From the NCBI GenBank assembly GCA_038816475.1, contig JAWBAI010000008.1, positions 9,400 to 73,399 on the forward strand: DNA of 64,000 bases. The letters are read 5' to 3'. This DNA is from Desulfurococcaceae archaeon. Lineage in GTDB: Archaea > Thermoproteota > Thermoprotei_A > Sulfolobales > Desulfurococcaceae. Under the pieces are notes generated by a model. That model saw only the letters and a program-made list of their open reading frames with translations, did not search any database and was not told the origin of the DNA. Both the position numbers and the translations under genes were made by a program. This document shows, one piece after another, positions 29,536-39,038 of this stretch; position 1 is the stretch's first letter; every line of letters starts with the position of its first letter.

Positions 29536-29979
29536 ATGGGGGTTTTCATTGGTAAAGTTAGCAAAGACTTCATGAAGGACGAGGAGTTGCTTGTTCTAGG
29601 AACGTTCGACATAAAGTTCGCGGTTGCGCATAGCAAAGCTATCTTCATAGGAAGTGGTAAAATAGGTGTTCTGGCAGCTGAAAACTGCTATGTATTTACA
29701 AGAAGAGGACCCGTGATCGTTCAATCGATTCACTGCATTAACGTTGTAGCGGTTGGTTCGAGGAGCCCCATTGTAGCCGGTAACCTTAGGTGCAGAAACA
29801 TTTACGCGAGGAGATTGATCGCTAGCAGGCTCGAGACTGGTAAAGCTGTACTTGGTGAGATGTCCATTGTTGATGATCTCGTGAGAGCTGAAAAAATAGT
29901 ATTTATGGACCCGCACATGTACTTTAAAAAGCTTGGAGATGTTGGCGAACTGGAATTCGCTTACGTTGTTTCCGAGTAG
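29536..29979 (+). CDS. Hypothetical protein, probable beta-solenoid
   Basis: GGAG RBS, ATG, periodic short hydrophobic beta strands. Confidence 0.6.
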   Translation: MGVFIGKVSKDFMKDEELLVLGTFDIKFAVAHSKAIFIGSGKIGVLAAENCYVFTRRGPVIVQSIHCINVVAVGSRSPIVAGNLRCRNIYARRLIASRLETGKAVLGEMSIVDDLVRAEKIVFMDPHMYFKKLGDVGELEFAYVVSE

Positions 29980-30749
29980 ACTTCTAGGTCCTTCGCTAGT
30001 ATTTCAGCAAGCTTCTTACCACTTAGTAGCATACCACCGAATATTGGCCCCATTCTTGGAAGTCCGTGAACAGCTGCAACAGCCATACCTGTAACGTAGA
30101 GTCCTGGGACAACTTGTCCTGTGTAGTCAACCACCAGTTTCTCAGCTTTCTCAGCATAAGCTGATCTTTCGCCCTTCACCTCTAAACCTAGCTCGGGGAT
30201 CTTCCTTGCAGCAATGCACACGATTTCTGCACCATGACCCGTTGCATCAACAACCGCCTTAGCCTCTGTGAAGAGGGGGTCTACGTGGTATCCGCCCTCG
30301 TGTATGGGTGTCCAAACCCAGACTACGCCTGTTATTCTCGGTGGGTTTGTTCTGTAGATCAAGTCGTTGACCGTTGCACCTAGAAGGACTTTGGCGCCGG
30401 CATCTATGGCCTTGGAAGCTAACTTCGCTATCGCCTCAGAGGGCTTGGCAACGTATAAGCCTGTGTCTGCCTTCTCATAGCGTATGCTGAACTCCTCTAG
30501 AATCGGCAACGCCTCCTCCTGGAAAACTATTATGGGTAGCATGTTCCCTCCAGGACCGGTTCCACCGCCGAAGCTAAACCTCTTTTCGAAGACTGCTACC
30601 TTGTAACCCGTTTTGGAGAGGTAGTATGCTGCTGTTAAGCCGGAGGGGCCTGCTCCCACTATAGCTACATCAACGCTACTCAATTCTTCCAATTCTCTGG
30701 ACGCGTACTTAACAATTGTTCTAGTTATGTTGCTCTCCTTGATAACCAT
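29961..30749 (-). CDS. thi4: Sulfide-dependent adenosine diphosphate thiazole synthase
   Basis: GAGPSGL, HVDP (His rather than suicide Cys), DATGH, PRMGPIFGGMLLSG. Confidence 0.93.
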   Translation of the reverse strand: MVIKESNITRTIVKYASRELEELSSVDVAIVGAGPSGLTAAYYLSKTGYKVAVFEKRFSFGGGTGPGGNMLPIIVFQEEALPILEEFSIRYEKADTGLYVAKPSEAIAKLASKAIDAGAKVLLGATVNDLIYRTNPPRITGVVWVWTPIHEGGYHVDPLFTEAKAVVDATGHGAEIVCIAARKIPELGLEVKGERSAYAEKAEKLVVDYTGQVVPGLYVTGMAVAAVHGLPRMGPIFGGMLLSGKKLAEILAKDLEVYSETT

Positions 30750-30757
30750 GTTATTGC
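30741..30757 (-). promoter_or_regulatory. Palindromic operator over the thi4 start codon (ThiR-like site)
   Basis: Minus strand GCAATAACATGGTTATC, 15/17 identical to the site upstream of thiC. Confidence 0.65.
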
Positions 30758-30809
30758 ACCTTACCTCCAGAATACTGTAATTCGGATTAAAAAGCTTAAT
30801 TGATAGGTT

Positions 30810-31001
30810 TCAGTGGGAATGTTCTTTAACAACCTTGAACCTGGCTTCCACGAGCTTTTCCCTGGTCAGCATCAAGAGCTCGTACAGCTGGTACACTAGA
30901 CCAGCTGTGATTACATCTCCTGGTTTTAGCCTGCTCACGATCGACTCGAGTTTATCAAGGTAGTTTAAGGCTTCTTCAAGGTATTTAACGGCTTCTTCCA
31001 T
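30810..31001 (-). CDS. Small helical hypothetical protein
   Basis: GAGGG RBS, overlaps iorB end, amphipathic helices. Confidence 0.65.
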   Translation of the reverse strand: MEEAVKYLEEALNYLDKLESIVSRLKPGDVITAGLVYQLYELLMLTREKLVEARFKVVKEHSH

Positions 31002-31587
31002 GCTTAAGTCCCTCTTCGTAAGCGGCTCTTAGTAGTTTAATGTTTGCTTCCAAGATGTTCTTTCTGAAGTGTTCTTCCAGCGATTTTTCAACGGCATTAA
31101 GTGGTATGATATCTTCGAGTTCCTGGTTTACTCCAAGCGAAAAACCGAGCAGTGCTATGTTAGCGGATATTATGAAGCCCGTGTATTGAGCACTAAGCTT
31201 GTTGGCGTCAAAGACGTAGAGCTTCGCATTTTTAGCCCTTAAGCTACTTACAATCAAGTCCCTTGCTGGGTACTTTTGAAGCGGTGGTGGCCACAGGAAA
31301 TCGTTTACGACGAGGAAAGCGTCTTGACGAGCGTAATGAGCGTACCTTGCAGCCTCGATCAGCTCCAGCGCTATTACGTGATCAGCTGCACCAACGGGCA
31401 CTATGGGACTAGGCTCTTCACCTATTCTTACATGAACTATTACGCTTCCACCGCGCTGGCTCATGCCGTGAACTTCCGCAATACTAACATCTCTTCCGGA
31501 GATCATTGAAGCTGTTCCCACAATGGAGCCAAGGGTTAGGATTCCTTGTCCTCCAACACCCACGATGACAAGGTTAAAAGTTCTCAT
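30985..31587 (-). CDS. iorB: Indolepyruvate:ferredoxin oxidoreductase beta subunit
   Basis: GVGGQG, EVHGMSQRGGSV..HVRIG; ATGA overlap with iorA stop gives start 31587. Confidence 0.92.
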   Translation of the reverse strand: MRTFNLVIVGVGGQGILTLGSIVGTASMISGRDVSIAEVHGMSQRGGSVIVHVRIGEEPSPIVPVGAADHVIALELIEAARYAHYARQDAFLVVNDFLWPPPLQKYPARDLIVSSLRAKNAKLYVFDANKLSAQYTGFIISANIALLGFSLGVNQELEDIIPLNAVEKSLEEHFRKNILEANIKLLRAAYEEGLKHGRSR

Positions 31588-33521
31588 AGCTCCCACCAGA
31601 GCTTCTCCCATTCTTCGCTGGGTTTGTTTGCTATTACAATAGCCTTGTAGGGGCATACGTAAGCGCAAAGACCACATCCAGCGCAGAGCTCACTGATGAT
31701 CCTCGGTTTACCGGTCTTCGGATCTGGTACAATAGCTGGACAAGCTGTCAGGTTTATGCACGCTGAGCACCCTGTGCATTTATCCTCGAGCACGCTGTAT
31801 ACTGGTAGTGTAATCTTTCTTCTACGAGCTTCTCTTAGAACTTCGAGAGCACATCTCATTCTAGAAACAACGCTCACGTTAACGCCTTGCTTGTACCTCT
31901 CCAAAGCCTTCTGTACAGTTTCCACGGATTCTCTAACCATGAGTGAGTTTATAACGTAGGTTTCAAATCCGAGGGACCTTAAAACATCCTCGGGGAGCAC
32001 CCTCTTTGTTTTCTCACCAGTAGCTGTTAAACCAGTACCTGGATGTGGTTGATGACCCGTCATAGCAGTGGTCATGTTATCTAGTACCAAAACTACTGCT
32101 CTTCCCCTGTTGTAGACGATGTTCAGCGCGGGTGGTAATCCAGCATGGAAGAACGTTGAGTCCCCGATGACAGCTACAACAGGGTTATCTACTGTTTTTG
32201 ATAAGCCGTGAGCAACTCCAATGCTACCACCCATTTCGAAGCATGTGTGCTGCATATCAAACGGTTTTTGATACCCTAGCGTATAACATCCGATGTCTCC
32301 TGTGTATATAACATTCTTCAAGTTAGCTCTGTTAGAAGCAACCTTGAAGATGTAGTACGTGGACCTGTGTGGACAACCCGCGCAAAGTACTGGTGGTCTT
32401 GGTGGTATAGGAGGAGATATCTCAACAGCTCCTATGCTTTTCCAGGTTCCCGGCGGATTCACGTTGAGAAACTTTGAAAGGGTTTTGACAACGACATCGA
32501 GATCTAGTTCCCCGTTTTCTGGTACAATGTCCTTTCCATGAACCTTCACCTTAGCGTCTAATTCAGCAACTAGGCTCTTGACTTGAAGCTCAACGACGGG
32601 ATCTAGTTCTTCGACTACCAGAATTCTCTCAGAGTACTCTAGAACACTCTTAACAGGTGTACGTGGCAAAGGAACTGGCATATTGACCTTCACCAGGGTT
32701 ACTTTATCCCAGTACCCGAGAATACGTAGAGCTTCTGACGTGTACGAGTAGGCTAACCCGCTCGCTATAATGGCAGTCTTCATGCCAGGGTTCATGACTT
32801 TTATTAAAGACTCTCTGTTCTCGTTCTCAGCAATAGCTTTCCACGCGTTCATCATTCTTATCTTCATTTTCCTTGAATGAGCGGGTACTAGAACCCACCT
32901 CTCATTATCTTTGATGAAGGTGCCTTTACACTTCCTGCTCTCTGGTATATCGTTCTCCAGTACTACGGGCATTCGTGTGTGACTTATTCGCGTGGTTGTT
33001 CTGAAGATAACAGGTTGCTTGTACCTTGAGCTTACGTCGTAAGCTACCTTGATCAACCTGTAGGCTTCTCGAGCATTGGAGGGCTCTATTACAGGTATGT
33101 GTGCTATGAATCCGTACCATCTATTGTCCTGCTCGTTCTGACTACTGTGCTGGCTGGGGTCGTCGGCTGATACTATCACAAATCCCTCCTCTACACCGGA
33201 GTAAGCAGAGCTCATAAGTATGTCAGCTGCAACGTTCAAACCCACGTGTTTCATTGAGACTAAACTCCTAACACCGGAAATAGCAGCACCGTACGCTGCT
33301 TCAAAGGCCACTTTTTCGTTTACACTCCATTCAACGTAAACACCGCAGTGTTGAGCCACCTCTGATATAGCTTCTATCACTTCGGTGGAGGGTGTTCCAG
33401 GGTAGCCAGCTGCAAAGCACACTCCAGCTTCTAGAGCACCGCGAGCTATGGCTTCGTTACCTAGAAGCAGAACCTTCTCTCCTCGTGCCTTAAGTAGTGG
33501 ATGTTCGTTCAACCTATGCAC
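31584..33521 (-). CDS. iorA: Indolepyruvate:ferredoxin oxidoreductase alpha subunit
   Basis: GNEAIARGA, YPGTPSTE, LCAGCPHR, GDSTFFH, C-terminal 2x4Fe-4S motifs. Confidence 0.95.
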   Translation of the reverse strand: MHRLNEHPLLKARGEKVLLLGNEAIARGALEAGVCFAAGYPGTPSTEVIEAISEVAQHCGVYVEWSVNEKVAFEAAYGAAISGVRSLVSMKHVGLNVAADILMSSAYSGVEEGFVIVSADDPSQHSSQNEQDNRWYGFIAHIPVIEPSNAREAYRLIKVAYDVSSRYKQPVIFRTTTRISHTRMPVVLENDIPESRKCKGTFIKDNERWVLVPAHSRKMKIRMMNAWKAIAENENRESLIKVMNPGMKTAIIASGLAYSYTSEALRILGYWDKVTLVKVNMPVPLPRTPVKSVLEYSERILVVEELDPVVELQVKSLVAELDAKVKVHGKDIVPENGELDLDVVVKTLSKFLNVNPPGTWKSIGAVEISPPIPPRPPVLCAGCPHRSTYYIFKVASNRANLKNVIYTGDIGCYTLGYQKPFDMQHTCFEMGGSIGVAHGLSKTVDNPVVAVIGDSTFFHAGLPPALNIVYNRGRAVVLVLDNMTTAMTGHQPHPGTGLTATGEKTKRVLPEDVLRSLGFETYVINSLMVRESVETVQKALERYKQGVNVSVVSRMRCALEVLREARRRKITLPVYSVLEDKCTGCSACINLTACPAIVPDPKTGKPRIISELCAGCGLCAYVCPYKAIVIANKPSEEWEKLWWEL

Positions 33522-33673
33522 CCTATTACTAACTTACGTAGTCGTCGTAATAAACGAGTATCCACGAAGAAGTGTTCCAACCAGATGTACATGTATATAC
33601 ACGAGTGGGTTTATCTTATGAAAAAGTTTATAAACAAGTTATCCCACTTAGATAAGTAGGGAGGTGAGTGCTT

Positions 33674-34015
33674 ATGGCTAAGAGAAGAGTTGTCTACGAG
33701 GACAGGGACCTGGTTGTTGAGATTGCGCCAACGGACCCTGAGCTACCGGTGCTTGTCTACGAGGCGATAGTCAAGAAGGGTAGACCTGTGCTGTTCCAGG
33801 AGCTTGTTCAGGAGTTCAGCGGAGTCGTCGGCGAGGACAGAGTTCGCAGAGCAGTCAGCCACCTGCTAGCACTCAAGAAGATAGTAGAGTACCCCGATGG
33901 AACACTGGGAACACCCGGCATGCCCTGGAAACCCATAACAACAAGGAAAAGACGCAGAAGAAGAGTAGCAAGACTCATGGACATAGAGCCAACAGAAATA
34001 ACTTTACCAGCTTAG
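33674..34015 (+). CDS. Small winged-helix-like protein with Arg-rich tail
   Basis: AAAAGTTTATAAA promoter, GGGAGGTGA RBS, GEDRVRRAV helix, TRKRRRRR tail. Confidence 0.75.
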   Translation: MAKRRVVYEDRDLVVEIAPTDPELPVLVYEAIVKKGRPVLFQELVQEFSGVVGEDRVRRAVSHLLALKKIVEYPDGTLGTPGMPWKPITTRKRRRRRVARLMDIEPTEITLPA

Positions 34016-34053
34016 TTAAGCAACGGTAGGTCTAAGTTACCTAGTTTCCTAGA

Positions 34054-34737
34054 TTACTTTTTTCTACTCTTGGTTTTTTCTGCCCAAGGAGAAGCCTTGT
34101 ACCCTGCACACTTTTCCAGTTTCAGCAGTACACCGTACCTTGAGGCAATCTCGCATATGTAGTCCTCGGGTATAATAGCTTTTGCACCCCTGGAGGACTC
34201 TATTACCAAGGCTTTACCTACGTAACCCTTGATATCAGCCTCTTCGGTTATGAAGTCCACGAATATCGGGAGTCTTGTGGTATTAATGAATCCTCTTTGC
34301 CATTTAACACCTTTTTCTTCATCCAAGTAGACTTCACCGATTCTTCTTCCATCCGAGCAAACTCCGCTCTTATCGCACGTAATGATCTTGATCTCAGCGA
34401 GTTTCGCGGCTTCCTCTGCTAGCTTCTCGGATATAGCAGCTAATTCATTCTTCATTGGTGTTGCAAGCACGCTGAGTTTCGCTTCCTCGAGGTTTAGTGA
34501 GGACTCTTTCTGCTCTTCACTAATGAGGGGTTTCTGCTGCTCGAACCTTCTACTAGCGATTTCAAGTAGCTCAGTTAGTATATCAGTACTTGAAGTAGAC
34601 TCTGCGCTGGGTCGAGGAAGCTGTGATGTAAGACCCTCTTTGACAACAACGTTCTTTTCTTCCTCCCTATGACCCTCCTTATGACTCGGTGTGCCAGTTT
34701 TCTTAAGATAGTCCGTTAGCTTCTTGGACTTCTTCAA
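34054..34737 (-). CDS. Hypothetical protein (disordered N-terminus, Cys-containing C-terminal domain)
   Basis: 227-aa ORF filling the gap; no family recognised. Confidence 0.65.
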   Translation of the reverse strand: MKKSKKLTDYLKKTGTPSHKEGHREEEKNVVVKEGLTSQLPRPSAESTSSTDILTELLEIASRRFEQQKPLISEEQKESSLNLEEAKLSVLATPMKNELAAISEKLAEEAAKLAEIKIITCDKSGVCSDGRRIGEVYLDEEKGVKWQRGFINTTRLPIFVDFITEEADIKGYVGKALVIESSRGAKAIIPEDYICEIASRYGVLLKLEKCAGYKASPWAEKTKSRKK

Positions 34738-34874
34738 GACTTAGTACCCTAACAACAGATTACATTAACTATATATTTTGCTGAACTCTAATTAAACACG
34801 GCTCCTTATACTCGTTGATAAGTACTAAGCTATATAAACCGCCTCTCGTGAAATATAGAATGGTAAAGCGACTA

Positions 34875-34948
34875 GGGCCCGTAGCTCAGCCTGGTAGAGC
34901 GGCGGGCTCTTAACCCGTAGGTCCCGGGTTCAAATCCCGGCGGGCCCG
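34875..34948 (+). tRNA. tRNA-Lys(CTT), intronless, CCA not encoded
   Basis: GGGCCCG/CGGGCCC acceptor stem, GCGGG-CTCTTAA-CCCGT anticodon arm, GGTTCAAATCC T-arm; TATATAAA about 40 nt upstream. Confidence 0.97.
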
Positions 34949-34994
34949 CTTCCTCAACCCAAGAACTTTCTACGAGTCAGAGAAGGTTTCAAGT

Positions 34995-35894
34995 ATGCTA
35001 AGAAGGCTACTACACCACGATGAAGTAGACTTGTACATGGTGGTTGGTACACCGTTTCTCTACGTTAAGAGAAACTATACGCTCGTAATGGCCGATTTAC
35101 ACCTGGGATTCGAAGAAGCAGCATCAAGGGGTTTAAGCTACACTGCGCGAAGAGGTCAAAGTGCATACGCAGCAGTGTTTCTACCAAGAATACAGCTGAA
35201 GAGAGCGCTATCCTTGTTCAACACTGTAGTTGACAGCTTAAACATTAAAAGAGTAATCGTCAACGGCGATCTCAAGCACGCTTTCGACAGGCTACTGAAG
35301 CAGGAACGCGAGGAGGTTACAGCATTCGTTAAGCACCTCAGAGAAAAAGGTGTAGAGGAGATCGTGGTTGTACGTGGAAACCACGACAACTTCGTTAAAC
35401 CGCTGCTCAGGAGGCTGGACGTTGAACTGGTAAATGGTATTTCAACCATTGTTGATGGAAAAAGTATTCTGTTCATACATGGCCACGAGGTTTTAGATGC
35501 TAAAGAGCACGACATCATCGTGATCGGGCACGAACACCCCAGTTTAAGGTGCTTCGATGTCTACAGGTTTCCATGCTTTATCAAGATACCACTACCCGGG
35601 GAGAAAACCCTAGTAGTAATGCCGGCAACAGGCCCCTATCACCCAGGTATAGTAGTCACTCCAAACCCCATGGACTACCTTTCACCTCTCATTAGGAGCC
35701 TCAAGGACCTCTACTCTATGTCGATCATCATCTGGTTTGACCTTGGTGAGGTTTCACAGCATAGTGTTGAGTACTTTGAGGCAACGATACCTACGGAGCT
35801 CGTGAAGGTTGATCGAGTCGTGATTGGAAACAGAGAAGTGGCTGTAGTTGAATTCAAGGATTATGAAATCGCGCACCTTCTATGCATGGTTTAA
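34995..35894 (+). CDS. Metallophosphoesterase, SbcD/Mre11-related family
   Basis: ADLHLGFE, NGDLKH, RGNHD, HGH, GHEHP, MPA. Confidence 0.88.
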   Translation: MLRRLLHHDEVDLYMVVGTPFLYVKRNYTLVMADLHLGFEEAASRGLSYTARRGQSAYAAVFLPRIQLKRALSLFNTVVDSLNIKRVIVNGDLKHAFDRLLKQEREEVTAFVKHLREKGVEEIVVVRGNHDNFVKPLLRRLDVELVNGISTIVDGKSILFIHGHEVLDAKEHDIIVIGHEHPSLRCFDVYRFPCFIKIPLPGEKTLVVMPATGPYHPGIVVTPNPMDYLSPLIRSLKDLYSMSIIIWFDLGEVSQHSVEYFEATIPTELVKVDRVVIGNREVAVVEFKDYEIAHLLCMV

Positions 35895-35897
35895 ACG

Positions 35898-35953
35898 TTA
35901 TCAGCCAATCGACCCATCATCAACTCATCAGGCTATGTCGGCTTCATCACGGT
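35898..35953 (-). ncRNA. Box C/D guide sRNA
   Basis: Minus strand GTGATGA-AGCCGACATAGC-CTGA-TGAG-TTGATGA-TGGGTCGATTGG-CTGA, near-perfect boxes and 12-nt guides. Confidence 0.88.
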
Positions 35954-36032
35954 ATCAATTTTATTATAAAAACCTAATTTACTTAATTTACGTTTTGGAG
36001 TCACCAGGAGTTAATCATAAGCGGATGCCTCG

Positions 36033-36491
36033 TTATTGTTTGTCTTCGCTCTTGTCGCTTTTGTAAAGCGCTCTGCGAGCAATTAAACCTTCGATGAAGA
36101 ATAAGACGAACGCTAAAGCTGATACAGTAAAGATAACCAGCCTTTCCTGAGAGAACTCTAATAGCATAAGTACCAGGGATCCTATGGTTGAACCAGCGAA
36201 AAAACCCGCGTATACTAGTAGTCTTGGAACAAGCTTGTATCCTATGTATATAAATCCCGAGGGTGGGTTCACACTCTTTGCTATGTAGCCCTCGATCGTC
36301 TTAACCACCAGTTTTCTTGACTCAAGCTTCCTTAAATTATAGTGGACAGTGCTTGGTGGCATACTGAGAGCTCTAGCTATATCTCTCACACTCAAAGGCT
36401 TTCCTTGCTCAATGAGATAAAAGTATATCGTCCTTTCCGTTTTGCTTAGGTCCTCGATAGACAAGTAAACTATCCCAAGAGGTAATCTCAC
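36033..36491 (-). CDS. Membrane-anchored winged-helix transcription regulator
   Basis: LSVRDIARALSMPPSTVHYNLRKL HTH followed by two TM helices. Confidence 0.8.
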   Translation of the reverse strand: MRLPLGIVYLSIEDLSKTERTIYFYLIEQGKPLSVRDIARALSMPPSTVHYNLRKLESRKLVVKTIEGYIAKSVNPPSGFIYIGYKLVPRLLVYAGFFAGSTIGSLVLMLLEFSQERLVIFTVSALAFVLFFIEGLIARRALYKSDKSEDKQ

Positions 36492-36538
36492 GAAAGTTTA
36501 ATATTAAGGTAGGTAACGTCGCTTCTGTTGTACAAGGT

Positions 36539-36557
36539 GTTGAACATTCTGTTCAAC
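36539..36557. promoter_or_regulatory. Perfect inverted repeat GTTGAACA-TTC-TGTTCAAC, probable operator
   Basis: 8-bp arms in the divergent intergenic region between regulator and beta-propeller gene. Confidence 0.6.
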
Positions 36558-36598
36558 CGCTTAGTATTTCAGGAACTATACCTTCAGCTGATATAGGG

Positions 36599-38848
36599 AT
36601 GAGATTGAATGCACTGAGTAAACCCCTCGGTGTAGCATTAGTAGTATCTATCATACTGGGTATACTAGTGGTAATTATTCCATTGTACTTCAAACCAGCT
36701 ATACCCGAGGTTAAGAGTCCTCAATCCCAAGAGGAGGCAACTTCACCGCAATTAACTCTGCCTCAACCGTTAATTCCTCCTAGCGAAGAACAGAAAGGTG
36801 ATCAAGGAGTATATACTGCGTTGATCTCAAGAATAAATAGCTACGCTAAACTTAGCAGAAGAATAGCAAACCTCATGCAGGTAGCAAGGGGTGCTTTACC
36901 CGTAGAGGGAACCGTAGTAGGTATTGTGCAGGAACCATCGTCAACAGCTCCTTCTCAAACAGAAGACTATTCTAAGACGAACGTTCAAGTGTATGGCATA
37001 GACGAGCATGATATTGTCAAAACGGATGGTAAAGCTATATATGTAGGAAGAGACGCAGATGTAATCTTGTTCGACGCTGTAAGGAATAGGGTTGCAAGTA
37101 AACTAATTTTACCAAGCGAATGGAAACATGTGGGCCTCTACGCTATTAACAATCGACTTGTAATCTTAGCATCATCATTAACTAGTGAACCAGCATTACC
37201 AAGAACTTTAGTATACGTTGTGAACGTTGAAGACTTATACAGACCAGTTTTGATAGCTAATTTCACAATAGACGGAGCAATACAGGGGAGTAGGTTGAAG
37301 TACCCATTCCTGTACGTAGTGACACTACTACCTGCTTTCAGTATAGTTGAGGAGAATAACACGGTCTATGTTAAACCACGCATACCCACGGTGAACGGCA
37401 GACTTTCAGAACTAGAGAATATTAAAGACTCCGGTTATCCACCGAGAAACTACGTAACGGTATTTTCCCTCGACCTCGAGAACCTGGCCTGGAGTACAGT
37501 CTCAGTACTAATGAACAATGTCGAGAGAATATACATGTCATCAAGCAATCTCTATATCGTTGGATCGGTGGACAAGGAGTATCTAGCGTTCGAAATCATA
37601 GTAAGTAAAGCCCTTGAAGTTCTCCCTGCCGACGTAGTCATGGAGATCCAGAAGTATCTTGACCAAGGGGACTATCTGGGAGCCTTTGAGGCCCTTCTTA
37701 TCTACATTGAGAATCTTAGCAATGAAGAGCAGTTGAATTTTATCACTAGGATCAACGAGAAGCTTCGCGACGAGCTTCTAAGGGAGATCACCAGTAGGAA
37801 CATATCTATTGAAATACCAAGAGAGTGGTTAGAGTACTGGAGAGGAGGGTTAATACTAGAGGAATCACTAATAGCAGTACTTGATGTCAATGAGCTCTCA
37901 ATCAAGCTAAAGGGCTTTATCAAAGTTGAAGGAAGAATACTGGATCAGTTCGCAATAGAAGAGTTCAAGATTAACAATGAAAAGTTCCTCGTATTAGCAA
38001 CGACCTCTACAATCGGCGAGGTTGTAGTGCTCGAAGCGAATCGTGAGATTGCTGAGTACAAAAGAGGAGACCTCGCAGATGTGGTAGCCAAATTATGCAG
38101 TTTGGTAAGAAGCACTTATGAATGTAAAGAAATCGTGGTCAAGGTCCCACAGGTAATTCCCGTATACAGGAACACGATTAGACTAACACGTATACCGCTA
38201 TTCTGGTTTTCAAGCAACAATGTGTATGTAGTTAAACCGGATGAGTTAAAGATCATAAGTGTACTCGAGAAACTAGCGCCAGGAGAAAGAGTCTACGCTG
38301 CACGTTTGATCAATAAAACCTTCTACTTAGTTACGTTTAGAACCGTTGATCCTTTGTATGCAATAGACCTTAGTACACCGGAGAAGCCGGTGATTCTGGG
38401 ATACTTAAAGATACCTGGGTTTAGTGAATACTTGCATCCTGTGAGTAATGATCTCCTGGTTGGTGTTGGCAGAGAAGATCGGTACGTGAAGATCAGCCTG
38501 TTCGATGCTAGGGATCCAACCAACATAATCGAAAGGTCAACTCTAACCATAGGCTGGAGTTCACCCGTTGTTGATAAAGACGACTACCATGCATTTCTAT
38601 TTGATGAGAGATACATGGTATGCTACATTCCAATGACGATCAAGGGATACGGAGAGACGGACGGTATAATAGCAGTGTTCATAGATCTGATTAACCGCAC
38701 GATCAAACCTGATGTTAAGTTCTTGGATCACGTAAATGCCATTAGGGTAGTGTACATAGAGGACAGATTATATACAGTATCTAAAAACTCCATTAGAACA
38801 TGGTCTTTACCAGTTCTGGAGCTAATAAGTGAAACCCCACTTGAATAA
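36599..38848 (+). CDS. Secreted/membrane-anchored beta-propeller domain protein (Beta_propel family)
   Basis: YSKTNVQV.GIDE.DIVKTDG, PGERVYAAR, VTFRTVDPLY.IDL, LKIPGFSEYLHP. Confidence 0.85.
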   Translation: MRLNALSKPLGVALVVSIILGILVVIIPLYFKPAIPEVKSPQSQEEATSPQLTLPQPLIPPSEEQKGDQGVYTALISRINSYAKLSRRIANLMQVARGALPVEGTVVGIVQEPSSTAPSQTEDYSKTNVQVYGIDEHDIVKTDGKAIYVGRDADVILFDAVRNRVASKLILPSEWKHVGLYAINNRLVILASSLTSEPALPRTLVYVVNVEDLYRPVLIANFTIDGAIQGSRLKYPFLYVVTLLPAFSIVEENNTVYVKPRIPTVNGRLSELENIKDSGYPPRNYVTVFSLDLENLAWSTVSVLMNNVERIYMSSSNLYIVGSVDKEYLAFEIIVSKALEVLPADVVMEIQKYLDQGDYLGAFEALLIYIENLSNEEQLNFITRINEKLRDELLREITSRNISIEIPREWLEYWRGGLILEESLIAVLDVNELSIKLKGFIKVEGRILDQFAIEEFKINNEKFLVLATTSTIGEVVVLEANREIAEYKRGDLADVVAKLCSLVRSTYECKEIVVKVPQVIPVYRNTIRLTRIPLFWFSSNNVYVVKPDELKIISVLEKLAPGERVYAARLINKTFYLVTFRTVDPLYAIDLSTPEKPVILGYLKIPGFSEYLHPVSNDLLVGVGREDRYVKISLFDARDPTNIIERSTLTIGWSSPVVDKDDYHAFLFDERYMVCYIPMTIKGYGETDGIIAVFIDLINRTIKPDVKFLDHVNAIRVVYIEDRLYTVSKNSIRTWSLPVLELISETPLE

Positions 38849-39038
38849 CACCAAGGAATTAAACCTTTTTTATCTTAAGATCCATGGACACTTAGCCGAT
38901 TTCAATATTCGATTCTTACAGTGTAAGTTTGGGAATAATGAGCCATAGCTTATACGCCATTGAAAAAGACTACTTGTATTAGGGTCTAGTATAAAAGATT
39001 TTAGCTCGTTAAAACTTACTGACGACTAGTGTGGGTGT

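Noticed and set aside
34875-34948. tRNA-Lys as an integration site
   Set aside because: No duplicated 3' half or integrase seen in the window
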